In this document: positions 1 to 9,768 of the stretch, piece by piece
Layout: each line of letters opens with the position of its first letter
Numbering within the stretch: the stretch's first letter is position 1
Sequence record: OQ223305.1
DNA from: Escherichia phage EO1
DNA length: 64,000 bases
Direction: 5' to 3' (one strand)
Made by a program: the position numbers and the translations under genes
Notes under the pieces: generated by a model
Databases searched by the model: none
Told to the model about the DNA's origin: nothing
What the model saw: the letters and a program-made list of their open reading frames with translations, nothing else

Positions 1-1032
1 GGATTCACAGACATAATTAACGCGAATACCATTGACGCCAAATTCTGCAGGTTTTGAAATGCCGCCATTTCTTGATACTTCAGAAAAGCTTAAATTTCTC
101 ATGCCTCCTTGACCTGCTTGGGCAGTTCTTTGTGCATATATCGTAAATCCTACTGCATTTTCTGGAATAACTACATAATCTTCCTTTAATTCCCATGACC
201 CAGCTTGTCCAGTAAACTCAGCATGTGTTGAAGAAATATATCCATTCGATTCATCATAAAAACGGATAGATATATTTGTAGTTCCAAGCGCAAGTAAATC
301 GGCATCAGCATATAGTTGTGCTTTAAGATAAAGAACATCGCCAGGAATTAAATTGTAGTCAGAAAGTTTACTTATCGCGGATGAAGTTGGTAGACGTGCA
401 ATTTCGTTATTAGTTCCACCAACCGCTGACATAAATTGCTCAACGCTTTCGTATGTTCTTTTAGGAAATCCTGTAGCTCCAACGTCTTCTAAACTATCAA
501 ATACAACATCTAAAATAGTTTGATAGTCATCTGTGCTTTTTCTATTACTTAGTTTAACATGTTCTAATGCAATAGCTCTTTTAGAAGAAGTGTAAAAAGC
601 AGCATATGATACGTCAAATCTTGACAATATAGAATCAGATGGAAAAGCAGACGTTCCCGCGGCTCTTAGCCAAGATACTACCTCAGGAGGAAAATTAACC
701 TTTCCGCTGGTTAATATAGCAACAAGTCTGTTGTTTGAAAAAGAATTCATGAAACTAACAAAAGCAGCTGATGTAGTATCATTTGAAGTCGAAAAAGCAT
801 ATGACTTACTATCAACTAATGCTCCGGTGGAAGGGTCAAAAACTCTTAAATGAAGGCCTGCGTTAAATGTTTGACTTCCTACAGGATTATCCTGAAATTT
901 AACATATGGTGGTCCTGCAGTAGAAAGCGGGCAAGAACCCGCTATGCTTATTTTATATCTTACTGAATTGCTTTCCGATAAAAATGGCGTTTGGACGTAT
1001 CCTTGTCCAAACTCTGCCATAAATTTTTCCAT
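1..1032 (-). CDS. 35: Long tail fiber hinge connector gp35, N-terminal part (ORF runs off window start)
   Basis: ATG at 1030-1032 (minus), product begins MEKFMAEFGQGYVQTPF as remembered for T4 gp35; lies directly downstream of gene 34; GAGG RBS. Confidence 0.85.
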   Translation of the reverse strand, partial: MEKFMAEFGQGYVQTPFLSESNSVRYKISIAGSCPLSTAGPPYVKFQDNPVGSQTFNAGLHLRVFDPSTGALVDSKSYAFSTSNDTTSAAFVSFMNSFSNNRLVAILTSGKVNFPPEVVSWLRAAGTSAFPSDSILSRFDVSYAAFYTSSKRAIALEHVKLSNRKSTDDYQTILDVVFDSLEDVGATGFPKRTYESVEQFMSAVGGTNNEIARLPTSSAISKLSDYNLIPGDVLYLKAQLYADADLLALGTTNISIRFYDESNGYISSTHAEFTGQAGSWELKEDYVVIPENAVGFTIYAQRTAQAGQGGMRNLSFSEVSRNGGISKPAEFGVNGIRVNYVCES

Positions 1033-1040
1033 AATACCTC

Positions 1041-4000
1041 TTATTCAACCCATTCAAATTTAACAGTTTTATTCACTGGGTCAGGAATAATGCGAACATT
1101 ACCAATTCGTAAGAAATCACGAATAGTAAGATTACCCATTATAGCATTATCAGATGGTAAAGCACCAATATCAGATGGCTGAGGAGGGTTACCTCCGTCA
1201 AATACCTGAACAAAACTTGACCAAGAGTTTTTGGTTTTCTGCCATGTGCGTGTCCAGCGAGTGGTACGTGCTTCTGGCGTCGTTGGATAAGTAATCCAAT
1301 CTTGGTAAAGCGAATCAAGTGTGTTACCAAACTGAGTCAATGTACCAGGAGATTTAACCTCTTCGCCACGTTCTAGGTATGGAAGTCCAGTCACTTCATT
1401 AGTTTTTTCAACCATTTTAAAATAACCCGGGAACTGGTTATAAGTGGCTGAATCGTTAATATCGATTGACCAGAATCCTACAGTATCAGATGTTGGCGCA
1501 CGGGTATATAAGTCAGATGTTTTAGTACCCTGAGAACGAATTCTCGAGTTAACAGTCAAACCGCCTGAATTTATAGTAGCACCTTTGGCAATGATTAAGC
1601 TTTCGCCAATCGTTACTTGACCAGATGCATTATTAATAGCTAATGGGCGTAATCCATTAAATCCACCAGTCTGATCACCCGATGCAGTAAGCATAAAATT
1701 CGTTACTGACCCGTCATTGCGAACAATAAAACCATAATTTCCGTTAATAGCACGGAAAGCATTTGCGCTTCGAGAAATAATTTCACCAGTTGCAGTGACT
1801 GAATTACCAAATGTTGCTACGCCATTTGCATTCAATGTTCCTGAAGCATTAACATTTATCGGTGTTACTGTACCGTTGATATTAAATGTTATATTTCCGG
1901 CTTTATTGCGCTGAGAATAAAAATGACTAGATGTTTCATCACTAACTTCAAATACGGTAGAACGTGTTGTATCTGATTCCCCACTAAATTGATTCCCCCA
2001 CACTCTAACAGTCATCGTTTGGGCTGGGTTTGTTCCAGTTTGAGGTCCTTTCTCAAAAATCAATTGAGTTGCTGTTCCAGTATTAGAAATAGTTAGTGTA
2101 CTATTTGCTGAAACTGATCCACCAAATGTAGCAGTACTAGATGATACAAGAGGGGCACTCAGATTCGTTTGTTGAGTTAAGGTTAGTGAACCATTAACCG
2201 TCTGCGCAATATCCCTACGAATGAACTGGGATGAATCTAGACCATCCAATAAATTCGTGTCAGCAGCTTTTGCTTTTAATGGCAAATAATTTGCTAATAC
2301 ACGGTTTAATTCGTATGGTGATACTGCATAGCTATTTTTCTCATATGATTCTAATGGCTGTGTTGAACCTACCGTATCATTACCAACGAATGTAATTGAA
2401 CCAGATGAAGTTTTAACAAAGCCTCTTACTGCAGTAGTTGCTGCCCAGGTAGGTTCACTCTGCACAATCCATTTTAAATTTTTTGGAGATACAGCAGTAT
2501 TTGCTGATGTTCCAGTCACAGTTTCAGATTGAGTTGCAACTTTAATAACACCTTCTTGTGATTCGGTAGATTTAGTACCTAAAAGCTTTTTAGGAGTTAT
2601 TAAAACATTATCTAATGTTCCTGCAGCAGCTTCAACTTGTGTAGCTACACGAAGTGTACCACGCTGTGTCTCATTTGCTTCAAGAATATTAAGGGTATAA
2701 TGGTCCCAGAGAGTTCCTGATTCAACTAATCCAGATAGAGCAACAACAGAAGTACGATCAGTACTATTAAATCTGGTTTTAATTTTTAATGGTGTAGAGA
2801 TACGAGTATCGTCGACGCCTGCGTCGAATTCAACTTGTGTAGCAATTTCAGCTATACCACTTAAACTTTCAGTTGCTCTACGGTCATTTAAAGTTTTAGG
2901 AGTGACTGCACGAGTATAATCAGTTCCTGTATTAACTTCACTTTGCGTAGCAATTTCAATTAAACCAATTCTTCCATCAGTTGATGTCTTTTTATGTAAC
3001 GTTTCTGGCGTTACAACAGCATTTGCCCATCCTTCTTGACTCTGTCCAGCAATTACTTCACTTTCAACTGCTAAAATTACTGCACCTTGCTGTGTTGGAG
3101 TAGCTTTATACTGATCCAAAGCTTTAGGTGAAACAACTAAATTATTAGTGTTTTTATTATAAACATTCGTACCATTTAATTCACGGCTAGAAGCTGGAGT
3201 AGCTCCTGCAGTAGATACAAAGGTTACAATACCAGATAATGATTCAGAACCTTGTCGAGCTTGAAGCTTTTTAGGAGTGATGATCGTAGTATCATCAGTA
3301 CCTGTATTAGTTTCTTGCTGCGTAGCAATTTCAGCAACACCTCTACGAGTTTCTGTAGCAGTTCTTTCATTCAGCTTTTTAGGAGTGATGATAAGGTCAT
3401 CTGCAAAAGAGAATGTGGTATCCTGGTTTACTTGCGCAGTTGTTGCTATTCTTGCAATACCTCTACGAGTTTCTGTAGCAGTACGATTAGCTAACGTTTC
3501 TGGAGTAATTGCCAGTTCTTTTTGCGGAGAATTTTCTAGATCAGCATTAGCTTGAGCCTGTGTAGCTAAAGCAATTACGCCTAATCTTGCTCTAGTAGAA
3601 TTATTTAAAGAGTCTACTCTTTCTACAGTTGGAACGTTTTGCTGTACAACCCAATATTTTCCATCGGAATCTTCGATATAAGCAAGCTGTAAAACTGGAA
3701 CATAATTGGTTTCGCCATTAAAAACTAATTCTTGAACAGTCACCCATTTAGTTTCAGGTGGGTATTCTGAACGTTTTGGAAATTGCAGCAATTGAACTGA
3801 AGAAGCAATTTTATCTTCACCGGCAGCTTTGATTTTAACTGTTTGTCCTTTTCTCATATAATTCATGGAAATCTTAACAGTATCACCGATAGAAATATCA
3901 GTTGGAAGCTGAAGTTCAATTGTTTGGGTTGTTCCATTATTCGCGCCAAATACCATGACTTCTTCATTTGGACGAATATTAGAATTAGTCGTTATAATGC

Positions 4001-4910
4001 GTAAACGTGCTTTACTATCCCCGTCAAACAATCTCCACAATTTCTCATTATCATCAAACATTAAGAAACCATCAATAGATGTACGGCCTTCAATGGAATG
4101 AGTTCCAACTTCTTGTACTGAAGTTGTTTCATCATATGTGGTAACAATTGTGTGATAAAGTGGATTTAATTTATCTAAATCAACAAAATTAATAATATCC
4201 CCATGATTAGCAAATCTAGGAAGTTTAATATTAATTGCTGAAGCAGAAGTAAATCTACGTACGATAAAATCGTTAGATTGCGCCTGATAAAGACTTGCCG
4301 GTGTTACAATTGCAGCTTCTCTGCTATAATCAGCAACGTACATTTGCCACAGACGATTACTAAAAATTAAAACTATCTGCGATTTTGGATGAGTCATTAG
4401 TACTGATCGTACTTGCTGACCTCTAAAATTTACAATGCTTTGCACCGGAGCTGTAATTAAAACTTGGTTAACTCCAGGTTTTCCTCCAATGTCTTGGAGA
4501 ACGATAGTATCTCCATCAATTGGGGAAGATGGTAAAGTAAATGTAATGTCATTACCAGCTGCAGTATCAACTGAAATTGATTCGCCTGACTTTAATTGAT
4601 AAGGTCCTGATGAAACAGTTGTCCAATTAGCATCAGTACGTAATGCTCTCCAGCGTACGCTATTAAAAGCTCCTGCTGGTTTTGGAATATCATTTATAGC
4701 AGCCCAAAAGCGGTTATCATAAATGATTACAAAATCTTTTAAATATCCACGAGTTGGATCGTATTGTTGAACTGTGTTTTCTTGAATTAAGTAATCAACG
4801 TTGACACCGTCAGTTCCTACGGTACGATCAGCTAAAGCTACGTTGATTATTTTATCGCCACCTGCGTCCAGACCATCTTCTGCTCTGAACTTTCTTTTAA
4901 TCTCGGCCAT
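1041..4910 (-). CDS. 34: Long tail fiber proximal subunit gp34
   Basis: 1289 aa ORF, same length as T4 gp34; internal ~40 aa repeats; flanked by rnh and gene 35. Confidence 0.93.
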   Translation of the reverse strand: MAEIKRKFRAEDGLDAGGDKIINVALADRTVGTDGVNVDYLIQENTVQQYDPTRGYLKDFVIIYDNRFWAAINDIPKPAGAFNSVRWRALRTDANWTTVSSGPYQLKSGESISVDTAAGNDITFTLPSSPIDGDTIVLQDIGGKPGVNQVLITAPVQSIVNFRGQQVRSVLMTHPKSQIVLIFSNRLWQMYVADYSREAAIVTPASLYQAQSNDFIVRRFTSASAINIKLPRFANHGDIINFVDLDKLNPLYHTIVTTYDETTSVQEVGTHSIEGRTSIDGFLMFDDNEKLWRLFDGDSKARLRIITTNSNIRPNEEVMVFGANNGTTQTIELQLPTDISIGDTVKISMNYMRKGQTVKIKAAGEDKIASSVQLLQFPKRSEYPPETKWVTVQELVFNGETNYVPVLQLAYIEDSDGKYWVVQQNVPTVERVDSLNNSTRARLGVIALATQAQANADLENSPQKELAITPETLANRTATETRRGIARIATTAQVNQDTTFSFADDLIITPKKLNERTATETRRGVAEIATQQETNTGTDDTTIITPKKLQARQGSESLSGIVTFVSTAGATPASSRELNGTNVYNKNTNNLVVSPKALDQYKATPTQQGAVILAVESEVIAGQSQEGWANAVVTPETLHKKTSTDGRIGLIEIATQSEVNTGTDYTRAVTPKTLNDRRATESLSGIAEIATQVEFDAGVDDTRISTPLKIKTRFNSTDRTSVVALSGLVESGTLWDHYTLNILEANETQRGTLRVATQVEAAAGTLDNVLITPKKLLGTKSTESQEGVIKVATQSETVTGTSANTAVSPKNLKWIVQSEPTWAATTAVRGFVKTSSGSITFVGNDTVGSTQPLESYEKNSYAVSPYELNRVLANYLPLKAKAADTNLLDGLDSSQFIRRDIAQTVNGSLTLTQQTNLSAPLVSSSTATFGGSVSANSTLTISNTGTATQLIFEKGPQTGTNPAQTMTVRVWGNQFSGESDTTRSTVFEVSDETSSHFYSQRNKAGNITFNINGTVTPINVNASGTLNANGVATFGNSVTATGEIISRSANAFRAINGNYGFIVRNDGSVTNFMLTASGDQTGGFNGLRPLAINNASGQVTIGESLIIAKGATINSGGLTVNSRIRSQGTKTSDLYTRAPTSDTVGFWSIDINDSATYNQFPGYFKMVEKTNEVTGLPYLERGEEVKSPGTLTQFGNTLDSLYQDWITYPTTPEARTTRWTRTWQKTKNSWSSFVQVFDGGNPPQPSDIGALPSDNAIMGNLTIRDFLRIGNVRIIPDPVNKTVKFEWVE
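2420..3560 (-). repeat. In-frame tandem coding repeats (~40 aa / 120 bp units, about 8 copies) in the gp34 shaft
   Basis: Protein shows reiterated ITP(K/E)(K/T)L..R(T/S)ATE..G(I/V)A.IAT motifs; two adjacent units keep 22-nt DNA identity at 3339-3360 and 3459-3480; boundaries approximate. Confidence 0.6.
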
Positions 4911-4944
4911 TCTCCCGGGCTCCTATTGTGTTTTCAATAATAAG

Positions 4945-4952
4945 TATTTATA
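4945..4952 (-). promoter_or_regulatory. Late promoter (TATAAATA) for gene 34
   Basis: Exact TATAAATA on minus strand ~35 nt upstream of gene 34 ATG. Confidence 0.7.
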
Positions 4953-4956
4953 CTTG

Positions 4957-4985
4957 TTTACTTTAAGATTTGGATAGTATATAAT
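4957..4985 (+). promoter_or_regulatory. Early sigma70-type promoter for rnh (GTTTAC -35 region, TATAAT -10)
   Basis: TTTACT, 17-nt spacer, TATAAT at 4980-4985, ~30 nt before rnh ATG. Confidence 0.55.
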
Positions 4986-5014
4986 AGAAATCTCACTAAT
5001 TGAACGAGGTTCAT

Positions 5015-5932
5015 ATGGATTTAGAAATGATGCTGGATGAAGATTACAAAGAAGGAATTTGCTTTATTGACTTTAGTCAAATTGCGCTTTCAACTGCTTT
5101 GGTAAACTTTCCAGATAAAGAAAAAATTAATTTATCAATGGTTCGTCATTTGATATTGAACTCAATTAAGTTTAATGTCAAAAAAGCAAAAACTCTTGGA
5201 TACACTAAAATTGTACTGTGTATTGATAATGCGAAATCTGGATATTGGCGTCGTGATTTCGCGTATTATTATAAGAAAAACCGTGGAAAAGCACGAGAAG
5301 AATCTACTTGGGACTGGGAAGGTTATTTTGAATCCAGTCATAAAGTTATAGATGAATTGAAAGCTTATATGCCATACATTGTTATGGATATCGATAAGTA
5401 TGAAGCAGATGACCACATTGCTGTTCTTGTTAAAAAGTTCTCTTTAGAAGGACACAAGATTTTAATCATTTCATCTGATGGTGACTTTACTCAACTTCAC
5501 AAATATCCAAATGTTAAGCAATGGTCACCGATGCACAAGAAATGGGTTAAAATTAAAAGCGGTTCTGCTGAAATTGACTGTATGACTAAAATCCTTAAAG
5601 GCGATAAAAAGGATAACGTTGCTTCAGTTAAAGTACGATCTGACTTTTGGTTTACCAAAGTTGAAGGTGAACGAACTCCTTCAATGAAAACTTCAATCGT
5701 TGAAGCTATTGCTAATGACCGTGAGCAAGCTAAGGTGCTTCTCACAGAATCTGAATATAATCGTTATAAAGAAAATTTAGTTCTAATTGATTTTGATTAT
5801 ATTCCTGATAATATTGCTTCAAACATTGTGAATTACTATAATTCATATAAATTACCACCGCGTGGCAAAATTTATTCATATTTTGTAAAAGCGGGTCTTT
5901 CTAAATTAACTAATAGCATTAATGAATTTTGA
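5015..5932 (+). CDS. rnh: RNase H (5'-3' exonuclease / flap endonuclease)
   Basis: 305 aa, begins MDLEMMLDEDYKEG as remembered for T4 RNase H; GAGG RBS; the track's upstream TTG start rejected. Confidence 0.93.
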   Translation: MDLEMMLDEDYKEGICFIDFSQIALSTALVNFPDKEKINLSMVRHLILNSIKFNVKKAKTLGYTKIVLCIDNAKSGYWRRDFAYYYKKNRGKAREESTWDWEGYFESSHKVIDELKAYMPYIVMDIDKYEADDHIAVLVKKFSLEGHKILIISSDGDFTQLHKYPNVKQWSPMHKKWVKIKSGSAEIDCMTKILKGDKKDNVASVKVRSDFWFTKVEGERTPSMKTSIVEAIANDREQAKVLLTESEYNRYKENLVLIDFDYIPDNIASNIVNYYNSYKLPPRGKIYSYFVKAGLSKLTNSINEF

Positions 5933-5940
5933 GGTGAATA

Positions 5941-6210
5941 ATGGCTAAAAAAGAAATGGTTGAATTTGATGAAGCTATCCATGGCGAAGACTTGGCTAAA
6001 TTTATTAAAGAAGCATCTGATCATAAACTGAAAATTTCCGGTTATAATGAATTGATTAAAGATATTCGAATTCGTGCCAAAGATGAACTTGGTGTTGATG
6101 GCAAGATGTTTAATCGTCTATTAGCTTTGTATCATAAAGATAATCGTGATGTGTTTGAAGCTGAAACTGAAGAGGTAGTTGAACTTTATGACACAGTTTT
6201 CTCTAAATGA
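5941..6210 (+). CDS. dsbA: Double-stranded DNA binding protein
   Basis: 89 aa, position between rnh and gene 33 as in T4. Confidence 0.85.
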   Translation: MAKKEMVEFDEAIHGEDLAKFIKEASDHKLKISGYNELIKDIRIRAKDELGVDGKMFNRLLALYHKDNRDVFEAETEEVVELYDTVFSK

Positions 6211-6526
6211 TATTCGTCCGGTCGATGAGACCGGTCTTTCAGAAAAAGAACTTTCAATTAAGAAAGAAAAGGATGAAATAGCAAAGCTTCTTGATCGTCA
6301 AGAAAATGGATTTATTATTGAAAAGATGGTAGAAGAATTTGGAATGAGTTATCTTGAAGCTACGACAGCATTCTTGGAAGAAAACTCTATTCCTGAAACT
6401 CAATTTGCTAAATTTATTCCTTCGGGTATAATTGAAAAAATTCAGTCAGAAGCTATTGACGAAAATCTTTTACGTCCTTCTGTTGTTCGTTGTGAAAAAA
6501 CTAATACATTAGATTTTCTGCTATGA
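6188..6526 (+). CDS. 33: Late transcription co-activator gp33
   Basis: 112 aa from the ATG at 6188 (MTQFSLNDIRP...); overlaps dsbA 3' end and gene 59 start (ATGA). Confidence 0.85.
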   Translation: MTQFSLNDIRPVDETGLSEKELSIKKEKDEIAKLLDRQENGFIIEKMVEEFGMSYLEATTAFLEENSIPETQFAKFIPSGIIEKIQSEAIDENLLRPSVVRCEKTNTLDFLL

Positions 6527-7176
6527 TTAAACTCCGCATGCCTGCTGGTGGTGAAAGATATATTGATGGTAAATCAGTTTATAAATTATACTTAATGATA
6601 AAACAGCATATGAATGGAAAGTATGATGTTATTAAGTATAATTGGTGCATGCGGGTGTCTGATGCCGCTTATCAAAAGCGAAGGGATAAGTATTTTTTCC
6701 AGAAGTTATCAGAAAAATATAAATTAAAGGAACTTGCTTTAATCTTTATAAGTAATTTGGTTGCTAACCAAGATGCTTGGATTGGTGACATCTCTGACGC
6801 TGATGCACTTGTGTTTTATCGTGAATATATCGGACGCTTAAAGCAAATTAAATTTAAGTTTGAAGAAGATATTCGCAATATTTACTATTTTAGTAAAAAA
6901 GTTGAAGTTTCTGCTTTTAAAGAAATCTTTGAGTATAATCCAAAAGTTCAATCAAGTTATATTTTTAAACTACTTCAATCGAATATAATTTCGTTTGAGA
7001 CGTTTATCTTGCTTGATTCGTTTTTAAATATAATTGATAAACATGATGAACAGACTGATAATTTAGTCTGGAATAATTATTCTATAAAGTTAAAGGCTTA
7101 TAGAAAAATTTTAAATATTGATTCACAGAAAGCTAAAAATGTTTTCATTGAAACTGTGAAATCTTGTAAGTATTGA
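6523..7176 (+). CDS. 59: Helicase loader gp59
   Basis: 217 aa, same length and position as T4 gp59. Confidence 0.9.
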   Translation: MIKLRMPAGGERYIDGKSVYKLYLMIKQHMNGKYDVIKYNWCMRVSDAAYQKRRDKYFFQKLSEKYKLKELALIFISNLVANQDAWIGDISDADALVFYREYIGRLKQIKFKFEEDIRNIYYFSKKVEVSAFKEIFEYNPKVQSSYIFKLLQSNIISFETFILLDSFLNIIDKHDEQTDNLVWNNYSIKLKAYRKILNIDSQKAKNVFIETVKSCKY

Positions 7177-7177
7177 T

Positions 7178-7810
7178 ATGAATATAGTATATTGGTTTAC
7201 ATTTGAAGACCGTGTCAAAAATAAGACTCCACCATACTACTATATCGGTAGTAAATTAAATTGCTCATTTGAGAACGGAATAATATATGACTCTTCCGGA
7301 AAGGAATACTGGAGCTCATGTAAACAAAAAAGATTTTTGAATGCGCTAATGCTTCAAAAACCGAGCGTTAAAATAATTCAAATTGATGATGACTTGGATG
7401 TTATTGAAGCAGAACGAAAATACCAACTTGAAGTAAATGCCAGAGATAATCCAGACTATTTTAATCTGGTATATGCTGGTGGTGGATTTGGTGTGAGTGG
7501 TGAAACTCATCCAGCCAAAGACCCGGAAGTTAGAGAGCATATGAGATTGGCTAATTATATGAACCGTGACGATTTTAGACCTTGGAAAACATCACGAGCT
7601 AATATAGAGTCTTGGAAATTATCTCATATTGCTTACGAGAATTATGTGTTATTATTATCCTCTAATCTGTACGGTAAAACTCCTGGATGGCGAAGAGTTA
7701 AAGGTAATATAAATATAACTGATACAACTGCTAAATCGATGGTAAAGTATTTCAACTCAGGTTGGATACCTCTCGAAGACCCAGAGTATTGCAAATTATG
7801 CCAGCTATGA
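7178..7810 (+). CDS. segG: GIY-YIG family homing endonuclease, SegG-like by position
   Basis: N-terminal IVYWFTF...YYYIGS fits a GIY-YIG variant; sits between 59 and 32 where T4 carries segG. Confidence 0.65.
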   Translation: MNIVYWFTFEDRVKNKTPPYYYIGSKLNCSFENGIIYDSSGKEYWSSCKQKRFLNALMLQKPSVKIIQIDDDLDVIEAERKYQLEVNARDNPDYFNLVYAGGGFGVSGETHPAKDPEVREHMRLANYMNRDDFRPWKTSRANIESWKLSHIAYENYVLLLSSNLYGKTPGWRRVKGNINITDTTAKSMVKYFNSGWIPLEDPEYCKLCQL

Positions 7811-7864
7811 GGTAAAGTGTCATAGCACCAACTGTTAATTAAATTAAGTTAAAAAGGAAATAAA
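7800..7864 (+). promoter_or_regulatory. Gene 32 translational operator (upstream hairpin/pseudoknot plus UUAAA-rich unstructured leader)
   Basis: gctatga(7804-7810)/tcatagc(7820-7826) stem followed by ttaattaaattaagttaaaaagg immediately before the gene 32 ATG. Confidence 0.65.
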
Positions 7865-8797
7865 ATGTTTAAACGTAAATCTACTGCTGAACTTGCTGCA
7901 CAAATGGCTAAACTGAATGGCAATAAAGGTTTTTCTTCTGAAGATAAAGGCGAGTGGAAACTGAAACTCGATAATGCGGGTAACGGTCAAGCAGTAATTC
8001 GTTTTCTTCCGTCTAAAAATGATGAACAAGCACCATTCGCAATTCTTGTAAATCACGGTTTCAAGAAAAATGGTAAATGGTATATTGAAACATGTTCATC
8101 TACCCACGGTGATTACGATTCTTGTCCAGTATGTCAGTACATCAGTAAAAATGATTTATACAACACTGACAATAAAGAGTACGGTCTTGTTAAACGTAAA
8201 ACTTCTTACTGGGCTAACATTCTTGTAGTAAAAGACCCAGCTGCTCCAGAAAATGAAGGTAAAGTATTTAAATACCGTTTCGGTAAGAAAATCTGGGATA
8301 AAATCAATGCAATGATTGCAGTTGATGTTGAAATGGGTGAAACTCCGGTTGATGTAACTTGTCCGTGGGAAGGTGCTAACTTTGTACTGAAAGTTAAACA
8401 AGTTTCTGGTTTTAGTAACTACGACGAATCTAAATTCCTGAATCAATCTGCGATTCCAAACATTGATGATGAATCTTTCCAGAAAGAACTGTTCGAACAA
8501 ATGGTTGACCTTTCTGAAATGACTTCTAAAGATAAATTCAAATCGTTTGAAGAACTGAGCACTAAGTTCAGTCAAGTTATGGGAACTGCTGCTATGGGCG
8601 GTGCCGCAGCAACTGCCGCTAAGAAAGCTGATAAAGTTGCTGATGATTTGGATGCATTCAATGTTGATGACTTCAAAACAAAAACTGAAGATGATTTTAT
8701 GAGCTCAAGCTCTGGCAGTTCATCTGGTGCTGATGACACGGACCTCCTTGTCCTTCCATGGTACTATACAACTATCGGCAATACTGCTGATGATTAA
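7865..8797 (+). CDS. 32: Single-stranded DNA binding protein gp32, with divergent C-terminus
   Basis: N-terminal and core sequence match remembered T4 gp32; ORF is 310 aa versus 301 and ends ...[22 protein letters not shown]. Confidence 0.9.
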
Positions 8798-8810
8798 AGA
8801 GGAAAATAAT

Positions 8811-9041
8811 ATGGCTAAAGTTGATATTGACATCGTTGATTTTGAATATATTGAAGAGATTATTCGTAATCGTTATCCTGAACTTAGTATCACAAGTATT
8901 CATGATGATCCCAATTATTGCAATTTTTCTATTGTCATTGAAGGTCCTCTTGAAGACCTCACCCGCTTTATGGCTAATGAATATTGTGATGGCATGGATT
9001 CTGAAGACGCAGAATTTTACATGGGACTGATTGAACAATAA
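8811..9041 (+). CDS. Hypothetical small acidic protein (frd.3 position)
   Basis: ATG at 8811 with AGAGGA RBS; 76 aa. Confidence 0.6.
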   Translation: MAKVDIDIVDFEYIEEIIRNRYPELSITSIHDDPNYCNFSIVIEGPLEDLTRFMANEYCDGMDSEDAEFYMGLIEQ

Positions 9042-9087
9042 TTATCAAGGGGCTATTTGATAGCCCCGTTAAAATGAGGAAATCAAA

Positions 9088-9474
9088 GTGGAAGTTGGAA
9101 AAACTTATATCATTAACCCTTTATTTAAAAATGACTTTGCTAACGAGTGCCGTTGCAATGTAATGATGCTAAATTTAATAGAGAAGCACGGACCTAGTTT
9201 TGTTGTAGATGAAATGGAAAGTGATGATTGTGCTGGTGAATGTGTGGTACGTGTAACTATGGAAGATGGTACTGAATACATGGCGGGTGGCCCACTTGAG
9301 ACGTATTTTGAGATTTACTCTGAAGAATTCAAATACTTTACTGAGGTAACTTTAGAAAAGCCTCAATCCGCTAATGAAGGTATAGTTTCTGGCGTAACAA
9401 AAATTCACTGCATTGTTGACGAAAACAATGTAGATGAAATCATTGAACTTTTGCGAAAAACTTTTAAGGCCTAA
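9088..9474 (+). CDS. Hypothetical protein (frd.2 position), GTG start
   Basis: 128 aa ORF, GAGGA RBS 7 nt upstream of GTG. Confidence 0.55.
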   Translation: MEVGKTYIINPLFKNDFANECRCNVMMLNLIEKHGPSFVVDEMESDDCAGECVVRVTMEDGTEYMAGGPLETYFEIYSEEFKYFTEVTLEKPQSANEGIVSGVTKIHCIVDENNVDEIIELLRKTFKA

Positions 9475-9475
9475 T

Positions 9476-9736
9476 ATGACTAAAGATGATTTCCTGGATG
9501 CGGTAGAAAAAGCTAGTGAGAAATTTGAAGTGATGGGTGTACGGGTCCATAAAGACAGAAATTACGGACTCGATATTCAAACGTATTCGTTATGGCTTGT
9601 GGGTGAACACAGTCTTGTAACCAGTTTAGTTATGGGTGTCGATACCTATCCTCTATTGGTTAAGTTCAGAAGTATGGAAAAGGCTACTAAAGAAATGATT
9701 AAGCTTGGTAAGTGGCTCGATAAAATTCAAAAATAA
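9476..9736 (+). CDS. Hypothetical protein
   Basis: ORF from ATG 9476 immediately after preceding stop (coupled); start uncertain. Confidence 0.45.
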   Translation: MTKDDFLDAVEKASEKFEVMGVRVHKDRNYGLDIQTYSLWLVGEHSLVTSLVMGVDTYPLLVKFRSMEKATKEMIKLGKWLDKIQK

Positions 9737-9739
9737 TTG

Positions 9740-9768
9740 TTTACAACAGGGTAGTAGTGTGATACTAT
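9740..9768 (+). promoter_or_regulatory. Early promoter (TTTACA, 17 nt, TGaTACTAT)
   Basis: GTTTACA at 9739-9745, extended -10 at 9760-9768; inverted repeat 9749-9756/9766-9773 brackets the -10. Confidence 0.55.

Noticed and set aside
3252-3555. Two plus-strand ORFs (80 and 92 aa) with repetitive sequence
   Set aside because: Lie inside gene 34 on the opposite strand; their repetitiveness mirrors the gp34 coding repeats.
2420-3560. Possible CRISPR-like repeat array
   Set aside because: Repeats are in-frame 120-bp protein-coding units inside gene 34, imperfect and without spacer structure.
8727-9041. 104-aa ORF overlapping the end of gene 32
   Set aside because: Its first 28 codons are an out-of-frame read across the gene 32 3' end; the real gene starts at the RBS-preceded ATG at 8811.
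9049-9067. Hairpin ggggctat-ttg-atagcccc after the 8811-9041 ORF as a terminator
   Set aside because: No U-tract follows and the next gene's RBS is immediately downstream; more likely an intercistronic stability or processing hairpin.
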